This document shows, one piece after another, positions 9,080-18,062 of a DNA stretch of 64,000 bases. The notes below the pieces were generated by a model. That model did no database searches. It was not told where the DNA came from and worked only from the letters and a program-made list of their open reading frames with translations. Source of the stretch: an uncultured Alphaproteobacteria bacterium (GTDB lineage: Bacteria; Pseudomonadota; Alphaproteobacteria; Sphingomonadales; Sphingomonadaceae). Made by a program: the position numbers and the translations under genes. Position 1 is the stretch's first letter; each line of letters begins with the position of its first letter. The stretch spans positions 44,027-108,026 of the forward strand of contig CAVUFW010000007.1 in NCBI GenBank assembly GCA_963740965.1, written 5' to 3'.

Positions 9080-10141
9080 CTAGGCATCATTCGCGAAGGT
9101 GAGGTCGATCTTCATTTCATCGGACTCGAATTCGCGCTTGAATTTCCCCATCGCCTGATTGCGGAAAATGCCGCGGATCAGGGTCGATCCAAAGCCGTCG
9201 CGCTTGGTTGGCGCGCCGATCCCCGTTTCGCGCCAGGACAGCGTCACGCAATTTCCGTCGGTCGACCAGGCAATGCTCAGCGTCCCGTCATTGCCGAGCG
9301 CTCCATATTTGCACGCGTTGGTGGTCAGCTCGTGAAACACCATCGCCAATGGCTGCATCAGGTCGGCGCTGATCGGAATTTCGGGACCATCCATCTTGAC
9401 CAGGACCAGCTGTTCGCCGGCAACCGGCTCGATCGCCGACCGGATGACCTCCTCGAGCGTGACCTGTCCGACTTGTGTCTTGGCAATGAGATCCTGGGCT
9501 TTGGCCAGGTTGATCAGCCGTTGTTCGAACCCTTTGTAATCTTCCTTCGACAATTTCTTTCCGACCGTCGAATGCGCCAGCCCCTGGATGAGGGACACCG
9601 TATTCTTGACACGGTGGGTCATTTCTCGCGCCACCAGCGCGTCGCGTTCCTGACGCATATGCTGTTCGGTCACGTCGACGAACGCACCGATGCTTCCGCA
9701 AACCTCGCCGCTATCGTCGGTGATCGGGATGCAATGGCCGGCAATGAAGATCCGGCGCCCGTCCTCGAACCTAATTTCGCATTTTGAATGGCCCACCCGC
9801 CGACCGGTTAGCGCCGCACGCTGCATCGGCAGATCGTCGGGGTGAACCAGGTCTCCGTCCGCATAGACTAGGAATGGTGGCTTCTCGCTCGGCGGCGCGC
9901 TTTGCGAAAGATTGGATCCCAGTGGCGATCCGAGCATTGCGCCTGCGGCGATGTTACCGACGATCCGGCTGCACGACCGGTCGGTGCTGATCAGGATCGC
10001 AGCCGGAAGGTTGTCGAGCAAGCTCCACAACTCGCTCCGCTCGACCCGAACGACGTCGGCGTGCTCGATCACCCCGGCAACGACGTTCTTCAACCAGGCG
10101 TCGACGCGATACTCGGGTTCGTCAAGCGCTATCGAGTGCAT
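9080..10141 (-). CDS. Cytoplasmic PAS-domain sensor histidine kinase of the HWE/HisKA_2 type
   Basis: The H-box is EMTHRVKNTVSLIQGLA and the N-box is HELTTNACKYGAL. A PAS-like core (GHSKCEIRFEDGRRIFIAGHCIPITDDSGEVCGSIGAFVDVTE) is present. I see no TM segment and no adjacent response regulator. Confidence 0.85.
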   Translation of the reverse strand: MHSIALDEPEYRVDAWLKNVVAGVIEHADVVRVERSELWSLLDNLPAAILISTDRSCSRIVGNIAAGAMLGSPLGSNLSQSAPPSEKPPFLVYADGDLVHPDDLPMQRAALTGRRVGHSKCEIRFEDGRRIFIAGHCIPITDDSGEVCGSIGAFVDVTEQHMRQERDALVAREMTHRVKNTVSLIQGLAHSTVGKKLSKEDYKGFEQRLINLAKAQDLIAKTQVGQVTLEEVIRSAIEPVAGEQLVLVKMDGPEIPISADLMQPLAMVFHELTTNACKYGALGNDGTLSIAWSTDGNCVTLSWRETGIGAPTKRDGFGSTLIRGIFRNQAMGKFKREFESDEMKIDLTFANDA

Positions 10142-10332
10142 CAGACGGCCTTCCGAGCCATTAGCTAACCGTTACTCATTACACGTTTGCAACGTATCTG
10201 ACAGCTACGTCCGGCAAAGTCCGCGGACCCCCATCCGAAATGGATCGACGCTGCAAGTTTCGGGTCGACGATGCGCCATCGTGCACCCGGACAATCGTTG
10301 CCAGTTCTCCCCGTGAGGCGTAGGATAACCCG

Positions 10333-11322
10333 ATGGCGATCAATTTTCGGCGGCTTGCTGATGCCAACGTCAGCGCCAAACCCTATCCGCACCTCGTCCT
10401 GACCGCCGCCATCGATGCCAATCTTGCCGATGCGGTCGCCCGGGATTTTCCGCCGATCGAATCGCCGGGCGCCATCCGCGCTGACGATACCCAGCCGGGC
10501 CCTGCGTTCGTCGATCTTCTCGAGGACCTGCGCAGCGACCGCTTTCGATCGATCATCGCGCAGAAGTTCGACCTCGATCTCGACGGCAAGGAGGTCGTCA
10601 TCAATGTGCGCGGCCTGTCTCGCTGGACCGACGGGAATATCCACACCGACACGCCATCGAAGCTCGTCACGGTCCTGCTCTACTTCAACCGACCGGACGC
10701 GATGACCGCGACCACCGGGCTGCGTATCCTCAACGACGACTCTGACATCGACAACTTCGTGGTGGAAGTGCCGCCGGTGTTGGGCAATCTTGTCGCTTTC
10801 CAAGTGACGCCCGACTGCTGGCATGGATTCAAGCCGTATCAGGGGGCACGCCATTCGCTCCAGCTCAATTACCTCGGCGGCGTCCGATCGTCGCGCAAGC
10901 ATGAGGCCGGGCGCCGCATGATCCGCCACGCGGTCCGGCGGGCGCATGGCGCGCGGATCGCGGCGCGGACGATCGCCCGCAAGGCGGAGCGCGATGTCGG
11001 CGCCCTGTGGCTCGCCGCTTGGGAACCCCGAACACCGTGGGTCGCCAAGGCCATTGCGGGCTTTTGCGCCGTGTTCGCCATCTCCCCCGTCGATTTTTCA
11101 CCCGACTTTATTCCGGGCGTTGGCCATCTCGACGATCTCGCCATCCTCGCGCTCGGGACGTTCGTCACCGCGCGGCTGGTGCCGGCACCGCTCATGACCG
11201 AATTACGCGCCCGCGCCGAAGCCGGCAATTTCACCTTGGCGCGCCAAGGCGCGGCGGCGATGATGGTCTTGTGGTTCGCGGCCGCCAGCATTGCCTGGTT
11301 GCGCGCCACGGCAATCGCCTGA
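10333..11322 (+). CDS. Fusion protein: N-terminal 2OG-Fe(II) oxygenase-like domain and C-terminal DUF1232 (YkvA-like) membrane domain
   Basis: The N-terminal part shows PYPHLVL..., the HxD triad element NIHTDTPSKLVTVLLYFN and a distal His in CWHGF. The C-terminal part shows the DUF1232 hallmark SPVDFSPDFIPGVGHLDDLAI flanked by hydrophobic helices. Confidence 0.7.
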   Translation: MAINFRRLADANVSAKPYPHLVLTAAIDANLADAVARDFPPIESPGAIRADDTQPGPAFVDLLEDLRSDRFRSIIAQKFDLDLDGKEVVINVRGLSRWTDGNIHTDTPSKLVTVLLYFNRPDAMTATTGLRILNDDSDIDNFVVEVPPVLGNLVAFQVTPDCWHGFKPYQGARHSLQLNYLGGVRSSRKHEAGRRMIRHAVRRAHGARIAARTIARKAERDVGALWLAAWEPRTPWVAKAIAGFCAVFAISPVDFSPDFIPGVGHLDDLAILALGTFVTARLVPAPLMTELRARAEAGNFTLARQGAAAMMVLWFAAASIAWLRATAIA

Positions 11323-11392
11323 GCGCCAAATGTTCGCTCGGCCCCTGTTGGGAGGGGGCGGGCATCAACTTCGCCAGCACTTTCTGCCGCGC

Positions 11393-12391
11393 TCAATCGT
11401 CCTCGTCCTCATAACCGACCAGGTGCAGTTCGCGCGATTTTACCTGGTGGAGCATGCACCAGTGCATCAACGCATCCTCGCGGCCATGCGTGATCCACAC
11501 CTCCTTCGGCGCGACCTCGCGGATCGTCCGGGTCAACTCTTCCCAGTCCGAATGATCTGAAATGACCAGCGGCAGCTCGACATTCTTCTGCCGTGCGCGC
11601 TGACGGATCCGCATCCATCCGCTGGCCATCGCGGTGATCGGATCGGGCAGCCGGCGCGACCAGCGGTCGTTAAGCGCCGACGGCGGGCAGATCACGATAT
11701 GCCCCGCCATGTCCTCCTTCTTGGCCCCCGTCGCCGGCCGGAGCTCGCCCAGCGGCACGCCAAGCTCCTCGTACAGATTGCACAATCGCTCCATCGCCCC
11801 GTGATAAAAGATCGGTGCATGGTGACCCCGTGCGCGAAGCTCGGCGATGACGCGCTGCGCCTTGCCCAGCGCATAGGCGCCGACCAGCACGCACCGCTCG
11901 GGCTCGGCGTGAAGCCGCTGGATCAGGCGGTCGACCTCGCTTCCCGTGTCGGGATGGTGGAACACCGGCAGGCCGAACGTCGCTTCGGTGATGAAAATGT
12001 CGCACGGGGTGACCACGAACGGCGCGCACGTCGGGTCGGGGCGGCGTTTGTAATCCCCCGACACCACGACCCGCTCGCCGCGATAGTCCAGGATGATCTG
12101 CGCCGATCCCAGCACATGACCGGCGGGGACGAAACTGACTTCGACCTCGCCGATCGTCACGCTTTCCCCATATTCGACCGGGTTGGCGTTCTGCTGGCCG
12201 TACCGCACCCCCATGATCGCCAGCGTTTCGGGGGTCGCCCACACCGCTCCATGACCGCCGCGCGCATGGTCGGCATGGCCGTGGGTGACGAGGGCCTTGT
12301 CCTTGGGTTGTGACGGATCGACCCACGCATCGGCAGGTTTGACGTAGATGCCTTCGGGAAAAGGCTCGATCCAGGAACCCAGTCGGGCCAT
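11393..12391 (-). CDS. Ligase-associated DNA damage response exonuclease (metallo-beta-lactamase / beta-CASP fold)
   Basis: It has the HGHADH motif (VTHGHADHARGG) and a beta-CASP-like C-terminal part (ISDHSDWEEL...WITHG). It is divergent from the Lhr-like helicase, as in the known four-gene cluster. Confidence 0.85.
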   Translation of the reverse strand: MARLGSWIEPFPEGIYVKPADAWVDPSQPKDKALVTHGHADHARGGHGAVWATPETLAIMGVRYGQQNANPVEYGESVTIGEVEVSFVPAGHVLGSAQIILDYRGERVVVSGDYKRRPDPTCAPFVVTPCDIFITEATFGLPVFHHPDTGSEVDRLIQRLHAEPERCVLVGAYALGKAQRVIAELRARGHHAPIFYHGAMERLCNLYEELGVPLGELRPATGAKKEDMAGHIVICPPSALNDRWSRRLPDPITAMASGWMRIRQRARQKNVELPLVISDHSDWEELTRTIREVAPKEVWITHGREDALMHWCMLHQVKSRELHLVGYEDEDD

Positions 12392-12450
12392 TGAACGGTT
12401 ATACGGGTAAGTGGGCGGACAGGTTCCGCTCCGCAGGTAGGGAGAATCGC

Positions 12451-12648
12451 ATGGACCTTGGTGGTATCAATCTGGTGCTGATCGAAATCGTCGGCGTTGC
12501 CGCGCTCGGCATAATCCTGCTGATCATGGTCATGCGCACCCGCAGCCGCGGCAAGCAGGACAATACGGTCGCCGACGACCGCGAAACCCGTCAGCGCTAT
12601 GCCGAGGCCGAGGCCGACCTGAAGAACCATCCGGACGAAGGCGACTGA
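12451..12648 (+). CDS. Hypothetical 65-aa membrane protein with an acidic C-terminal tail
   Basis: The ATG at 12451 is preceded by ggagaa. The translation is MDLGGINLVLIEIVGVAALGIILLIMVMRTRSRGKQDNTVADDRETRQRYAEAEADLKNHPDEGD. Its stop (12646-12648) lies inside the conserved N-terminal coding region of the helicase. Confidence 0.45.
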   Translation: MDLGGINLVLIEIVGVAALGIILLIMVMRTRSRGKQDNTVADDRETRQRYAEAEADLKNHPDEGD

Positions 12649-12725
12649 GCGACTCCCCCCTTCCCGACATCATCGATCGCTGGTTCGCCGGGCGGGGCTG
12701 GGCGCCGCGTCGGCATCAGCTCGAC

Positions 12726-15062
12726 ATGCTCGATGCCGCGCGGGCCGGGGATCATGCCCTGCTCGTCGCGGCAACCGGCGCGGGCAAGACGCTGGCCGGC
12801 TTTCTGCCGGCCCTCGCCGATCTCGTCGACCAACCGCGCGAAGGGCTGCACACGCTCTACGTTTCGCCGCTCAAGGCACTGGCGGTCGACGTGCAGCGCA
12901 ATTTGCTCGCCCCAATCGAGGAAATGGAGCTGCCGATTCGCGTCGAAACGCGAAGCGGCGACACGCCGTCCGATCGCAAGGCGCGCCAGCGGATCCGCCC
13001 GCCGCATATCCTGCTGACCACTCCGGAAAGCCTTAGCCTTCTCCTGTCCTACCCCGACAGTGCGTTGCTGTTCGAACATCTGCAGACCGTGGTGATCGAC
13101 GAGATCCATGCCTTCGCCCGCGAAAAGCGAGGCGATCTGCTCAGCCTCGCCCTTGCCCGACTCCAGCATCTCGCCCCGCAGGTTCGCCGCGTCGGCCTGT
13201 CCGCGACCATCGCCGATCCCGACGCCTACCGCGCCTGGCTTGCGCCCGACGGCGATCTCGATTCGGTCCGCCTGGTGGCTGGGGAGCAAGGCGCCGAACC
13301 CGATCTCACCATCCTCATCCCGGAAGGCCGCGTGCCTTGGTCCGGCCATTCGGGTCGCTACGCCGCGCGTCAGGTCATGGAGCTGGTCGAACAGCACAAG
13401 ACCACGCTCATTTTCTGCAATACCCGAAGCCTGGCCGAACTGATCTTCCAGGATCTGTGGAAAGCCAATGAGCAGTCGCTTCCGATCGGCATCCATCACG
13501 GCAGTCTCAGCCTGGAAGCACGGCGCAAGGTCGAGGCGGCGATGGGCGACGGGCGATTGCGGGCGCTTGTCGCCACCGCCAGCCTCGACCTCGGAATCGA
13601 CTGGGGCGACGTCGACCTTGTCGTTCAGATGGGCGCCCCCAAGGGCAGTTCGCGACTACTGCAGCGGATTGGTCGGGCCAACCACCGGCTCGACGAACCC
13701 AGCCGCGGCATGGTCGTCCCCGGCAATCGCTTCGAATATCTCGAAGCCCGCGCCGCGCTCGACGCGATCGACGACCGCGAACTCGATCCCGACATCTTCC
13801 GTCCCGGCGCGCTCGACGTGTTGGCCCAGCACATCCTCGGAATCGCCTGCGCCGGTCCGTTCGACGAGGCCGAATTGCTCGCCGAAGTCCACTCCGCCGC
13901 CCCTTATTCGGGTTTGACGCACGAAGTCTGGCGGCGCGTGCTCGAATATATCGCCACCGGCGGTTATGCGCTTCGGGCGTATGACAAATTCAAGCGATTG
14001 ATCGAGGAAAGCCCCGGCCGCTGGCGGATCACCAAGCCCTCGGTCGCCGGCCAGCATCGACTCAATGCCGGGGTCATCGTCGACAATCCGATGATGGAAG
14101 TGCGCTTCGCCAACGGCCGTAAGCTGGGCAAGGTCGAAGAAGGCTATGGCTCGACGCTGGTGGTGGGCGACCGCATTTTCTTCGCCGGCCTCGGGCTCGA
14201 GGTCATGCGCTTCAAGGACGATGAGATCACCGTCCGCGCATCGTCGGGCGAAGGCCGCCTGGTGACCTACGGCGGGCAGCGCATGAGCATGTCGACCCAT
14301 CTTGCCGACCGCGTCCGCGGCTTCCTTGCCGACGATCGCGACTGGCATCGTTTCCCCGACGACGTGCGCGAATGGCTGGAAGTGCAACAGCGCCGATCGA
14401 TCCTCCCCCAGCCCGATCAATTGCTGGTCGAGACTTTTCCCCACGACAAGCGCCACTTCATGGTAGCCTACAGCTTCGAAGGCTGGAACGCGCACCAGTC
14501 GCTGGGCATGTTGCTCACCAAGCGAATGGAAAATGCTGGCCTGAAACCGCTCGCCTTTGTCGCCAACGACTACGGGATTGCGGTTGCCAGCCTGGAACCC
14601 GTGACCGATCCGCGCCCGCTCTTCTCGCCCGACATCCTCGAACAGGAATTCGTCGAATGGGTCGAACAGTCGCACCTGCTTAAGCGCGCCTTCCGCGAAG
14701 TCGCGGTGATCGGCGGGCTCGTCGAGCGGCATCATCCGGGCAAGAAGAAATCGGGCAAGCAAGTCAGTTTCTCGACCGACCTCATCTATGACGTGCTCCG
14801 CCGCTTCGAACCGAGCCACCTGCTACTGACGGCGGCGTGGGACGATGCCCGCGCTCGCATGACCGAACTCGGCCGACTCGCCAGGCTGGTCGATCGCGCG
14901 GCGGCGACGATGGTCCATGTCCAGGCTAGTCGCGTAACCCCGCTGGCCGTGCCGCTGATGGTCGTCATCGGTCGGGAAGCCTCGCCCACCGGCCTTGCCG
15001 ACGAAGCCCTGCTGATCGAGGCCGAGGCGCTTGCCGAGGAAGCCATGCGATTGGATGAATGA
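12726..15062 (+). CDS. Ligase-associated DNA damage response DEXH-box helicase (Lhr-like); the true start is probably upstream and non-canonical
   Basis: Motif I is ATGAGKT, motif II is VVIDEIHAF and motif III is GLSATI. A helicase C domain (LVATASLDLGIDWGDVDLVVQMG) and a long Lhr-type C-terminal region are present. 12726 is the first ATG, but the conserved LPDIIDRWFAGRGWAPRRHQ (Q-motif region) lies in frame upstream from about 12645. Confidence 0.88.
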   Translation: MLDAARAGDHALLVAATGAGKTLAGFLPALADLVDQPREGLHTLYVSPLKALAVDVQRNLLAPIEEMELPIRVETRSGDTPSDRKARQRIRPPHILLTTPESLSLLLSYPDSALLFEHLQTVVIDEIHAFAREKRGDLLSLALARLQHLAPQVRRVGLSATIADPDAYRAWLAPDGDLDSVRLVAGEQGAEPDLTILIPEGRVPWSGHSGRYAARQVMELVEQHKTTLIFCNTRSLAELIFQDLWKANEQSLPIGIHHGSLSLEARRKVEAAMGDGRLRALVATASLDLGIDWGDVDLVVQMGAPKGSSRLLQRIGRANHRLDEPSRGMVVPGNRFEYLEARAALDAIDDRELDPDIFRPGALDVLAQHILGIACAGPFDEAELLAEVHSAAPYSGLTHEVWRRVLEYIATGGYALRAYDKFKRLIEESPGRWRITKPSVAGQHRLNAGVIVDNPMMEVRFANGRKLGKVEEGYGSTLVVGDRIFFAGLGLEVMRFKDDEITVRASSGEGRLVTYGGQRMSMSTHLADRVRGFLADDRDWHRFPDDVREWLEVQQRRSILPQPDQLLVETFPHDKRHFMVAYSFEGWNAHQSLGMLLTKRMENAGLKPLAFVANDYGIAVASLEPVTDPRPLFSPDILEQEFVEWVEQSHLLKRAFREVAVIGGLVERHHPGKKKSGKQVSFSTDLIYDVLRRFEPSHLLLTAAWDDARARMTELGRLARLVDRAAATMVHVQASRVTPLAVPLMVVIGREASPTGLADEALLIEAEALAEEAMRLDE

Positions 15063-15154
15063 GCGTCAACACAAATGAACCCGACGCAAATGCCGGCCTC
15101 AGAATTCGTTCAGCTACCGAAACCAATGATGGCCGACAGAAATCGAAGGGTGGA

Positions 15155-16144
15155 ATGATGACTGATCGGACCAAGTTCGGCGCCGCCATACTTGCCTCGC
15201 TCGCCATCACGGTTGCGGCATCCGCGCCGGCCCAGGACCGCCGAGCGCGGCTTCGGGAAATGCTCCAGCGACCGCAACAGCCTAGCAACCCGACGGAAGC
15301 GAAAATCACCGCCCCCGGCACCTATCGTTTCAGTTTCGTCCATGACGGACTGACCCGCCAGTACATCGTCTACGTACCGGCCAGCGTTGCCCGTAACAAA
15401 GCCGCGCCATTGCTGCTCGGTCTGCACGGTGGCGGCGGCAACATGGAGTTTCAGTCCAACAATTACGGCCTCAAGCAAAAGGCCAACCAGGCTAGTTTCG
15501 TCGCCGTCTTTCCCAATGGCTACTCCCGCTTTCCGAACGGGATGCTGGCCACCTGGAACGCCGGCGCTTGCTGCGGGAAGGCAGCCGAAAACAAGGTCGA
15601 CGACGTCGGCTTCCTCAAAGCAGTCATAGAGCGCGTGTCGCGGCAGATGCCGATCGACCGCAACCGCATCTACACTACCGGCATGTCGAACGGTGCGATG
15701 ATGTCCTACCGCCTCGCCTGCGAGCTTCCGACCTTGATCCGCGCCATCGCGCCGGTTGCCGGGACCGACAACACTCTTGCCTGCACCCCGTCGCGGCCGG
15801 TGCCGGTCATCCTGTTCCATGCACGCGACGACAGTCACGTCAGTTTCGACGGCGGCGCCGGGACGGACGCCCTGGCCAAGGTCGACTTCAAGTCGGTCCC
15901 GGCCACCATCGACAAGTGGCTCGCGATCGATCGCGCCACGGGATTGCCTAAGCGGATCGTCTCGGTTCCGGGCGCGACCTGCGACCTTTACCCCGCCACG
16001 TCAGGCGGCGCGCCGGTCCAGGCCTGCATCACCGACACCGGCGGCCACAGTTGGCCCGGCACGCCGAGCGTCCGCGCCAACAAGAACCCCAGCCAGGCGA
16101 TCAGCGCCAACGATTTGATGTGGCAATTCTTCCAGTCGCTTTGA
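15155..16144 (+). CDS. Secreted esterase of the PHB-depolymerase/LpqC family (alpha/beta hydrolase)
   Basis: The signal peptide is MMTDRTKFGAAILASLAITVAASAPAQ. The oxyanion region is LLLGLHGGGGN and the nucleophile elbow is GMSNGAMM. The ATG at 15155 follows gaaggg. The ORF-track start at 15059 would add a non-signal leader. Confidence 0.75.
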   Translation: MMTDRTKFGAAILASLAITVAASAPAQDRRARLREMLQRPQQPSNPTEAKITAPGTYRFSFVHDGLTRQYIVYVPASVARNKAAPLLLGLHGGGGNMEFQSNNYGLKQKANQASFVAVFPNGYSRFPNGMLATWNAGACCGKAAENKVDDVGFLKAVIERVSRQMPIDRNRIYTTGMSNGAMMSYRLACELPTLIRAIAPVAGTDNTLACTPSRPVPVILFHARDDSHVSFDGGAGTDALAKVDFKSVPATIDKWLAIDRATGLPKRIVSVPGATCDLYPATSGGAPVQACITDTGGHSWPGTPSVRANKNPSQAISANDLMWQFFQSL

Positions 16145-16186
16145 TCGCCGACAGCCGCTAAACCGGTGACAAGCAAAGGAATTGTC

Positions 16187-16462
16187 ATGCGAATCCTGAT
16201 CCTCGTCCCGTTGTTGGCGCTGACCGGCTGCTACACCGTCGCCAAGACCGCGGTCGATGTCGTCACCCTCCCGGTCAAGGTCGCCGGGGCGGGCATCGAC
16301 GCCGCCACCACCAGCCAGTCCGAAGCCGACGAAAAACGCGGCCGCGAATTGCGCAAGGCCGAAGAGGCAGCGGGCAAGCGCCAGCGCGAATGGGAAAAAG
16401 CCTGCAAAAAGGCCGAGGCACGCGGCGAGCCCTGCCCGCCGCGGCCCAATCCGACCTTCTAG
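16187..16462 (+). CDS. Small lipoprotein, unknown function
   Basis: The ATG at 16187 follows aaagga. The lipobox is LLALTGC, and the C-terminal half is charged and Lys/Glu/Arg-rich. I recognise no family. Confidence 0.55.
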   Translation: MRILILVPLLALTGCYTVAKTAVDVVTLPVKVAGAGIDAATTSQSEADEKRGRELRKAEEAAGKRQREWEKACKKAEARGEPCPPRPNPTF

Positions 16463-17985
16463 CGCTTCGCCTTCGCCGCGCGCGCGATCTCGTAAAGGAA
16501 ATCGGTGTAGACGATCGCCTGCTCGTCGAAGCCGGCGACCTTGGGGTTGCTGCTTTCGATCAGGAACCATTCGTTAGGGGCATGCGCCCCGCCACCGCGT
16601 CCGGCACCGAACTGCCCCGCCGCCATGCGCAGCGGCGGCCCGGTGAACACCACGCCCGGCCAGCTTCCCGCCGACCGCGCCGACAGCGTGTTGGCGATCT
16701 TGGCCTGGTTCAGCGTCGCCTGCTCGGCCTTGATCAGCATGCTGTTCTCGTCGGTCTGGTTGGGACCGTATCCGCCGCTGACGTTGACCTCGATATCGCC
16801 GAACCCGCGTTTGGCGAGATGCGACTTCAGCTTGGCGACGACCTCGTCCTTGGTCATGTCGGGCACCAGCCGAAGGTCGATCTTGGCTTCGGCCCGACCC
16901 GGAAGCACGGTCTTGCCCCCCGGCCCCATGTAGCCGCTCACCAAACCTTGAATGTTGACGGTCGGTTGCTCGGCCAGCCGGTATGACGACGTCAGATAAT
17001 CCTCATCTTTGAACCATCGCTTGAGCCCCAGGGTCTTGAGATCGTCGGCCTCGTTCCCGGCGTCGACGTCGGCCTTGATCAGTTCTTTTTGACGCGGCGT
17101 GAGCGGCTTCACATTCTCGAACCAGCCGTCGATCGCCGGCGTATGTCCGTCGTCGGCGACCAGCGTGTTGAGCGCCTTGATCAGGTGCCATGCCGGGCTA
17201 TCGACGTTGGCCATCAGCGACGAATGGATATCCTTGCTCGGTCCGCGGCCCCATTTCTCGCCGCTCGAGATGAGCTGAAGTTCGACCGCGCCCTTGGCCC
17301 CGAGCAGCAGCGTCACCTGCCCGTCGACCGACTGACCGGCCGAGGGAATGATGATCCCGACCGCTTTTGAAAGCGCCGCCTGGACTTCGGGCTGGGTCAC
17401 GATCTGGCTGAAGTGGGTCGAAGCGATTTCCTCCTCGCCCTCGGCCACGAAGACGAGGTTGACCGGCAGCTTGGTGCCGGACGCCTTGAACGCCCGAAGC
17501 GCCGCCAGGAATGCCGTTTCCGGCCCTTTTTGATTGACCGCGCCGCGCCCGACCAAGGCCTTGCCCTCGCCCGGCCGGTCGACGATCCGTCCCTCGAGCG
17601 GCGGCGAACTCCATTCCGAAGGTTCGTAATGCTTGACGTCGTACATGAAATAGATCGCCAGCGTGTCCTTGGCCCCTGCGTCCAGGGTCGCGAAGACACC
17701 CGGCACACCGTCGGTCTTGATCACCTTGGCCTGCTGGAACCCGGCGTCGAGCACCAGTTGGCGCATATATTCCGCACCTTCCTGATGATTGATCCCCATG
17801 TTGGCGATCGTCGGCAGCTTGATCCAGGCGCGAAGCCGCTCAATCGCCGCGTCATGATCGGCGCGGATCGCGGCGGCGACCTTCGCGCGGCCCGGGTCGT
17901 TGGGTGCAGCAATCGCCGGCGCGGCGGCGAACGCCATCGCCAGTGCGCTGATCCCCACGAACATTGTTGAGCCCCGTGATGCCAT
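16459..17985 (-). CDS. Periplasmic M20-family metallopeptidase (dipeptidase-like)
   Basis: The signal peptide is MASRGSTMFVGISALAMAFAAAPAIAAP. M20-type stretches are LAIYFMYDVKHY...GRGAVNQKGP...FVAEGEEEI...GGGAHAPNE. The ATG at 17985 is preceded by aggggacagg. Confidence 0.85.
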   Translation of the reverse strand: MASRGSTMFVGISALAMAFAAAPAIAAPNDPGRAKVAAAIRADHDAAIERLRAWIKLPTIANMGINHQEGAEYMRQLVLDAGFQQAKVIKTDGVPGVFATLDAGAKDTLAIYFMYDVKHYEPSEWSSPPLEGRIVDRPGEGKALVGRGAVNQKGPETAFLAALRAFKASGTKLPVNLVFVAEGEEEIASTHFSQIVTQPEVQAALSKAVGIIIPSAGQSVDGQVTLLLGAKGAVELQLISSGEKWGRGPSKDIHSSLMANVDSPAWHLIKALNTLVADDGHTPAIDGWFENVKPLTPRQKELIKADVDAGNEADDLKTLGLKRWFKDEDYLTSSYRLAEQPTVNIQGLVSGYMGPGGKTVLPGRAEAKIDLRLVPDMTKDEVVAKLKSHLAKRGFGDIEVNVSGGYGPNQTDENSMLIKAEQATLNQAKIANTLSARSAGSWPGVVFTGPPLRMAAGQFGAGRGGGAHAPNEWFLIESSNPKVAGFDEQAIVYTDFLYEIARAAKAKR

Positions 17986-18062
17986 GACCTGTCCCCTGTT
18001 GCCGACGAATCGATGGCGGGAGACTGGACGGAGCAATTGGGAACGTCCAGTGACCTTGGTCG

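Noticed and set aside
10142-10332. Search for an EcfG-type general-stress promoter (GGAAC-N16/17-CGTT) upstream of the HWE kinase or the 2OG-oxygenase gene, and the short palindrome acgtt-tgc-aacgt
   Set aside because: I found no correctly spaced -35/-10 pair on either strand. A 5-bp-arm palindrome is too short to support a call.
12392-12450. Search for an alphaproteobacterial SOS box (GTTC-N7-GTTC / GAAC-N7-GAAC) between the damage-response exonuclease and helicase genes
   Set aside because: I saw only half-sites (gaacggttatacggg, ggttccgctccgcagg). I found no complete box by eye.
13656-14819. 387-aa minus-strand ORF inside the Lhr-like helicase gene
   Set aside because: It is antisense to a conserved helicase, its composition is low-complexity Arg/Ala/Gly, and I recognise no family.
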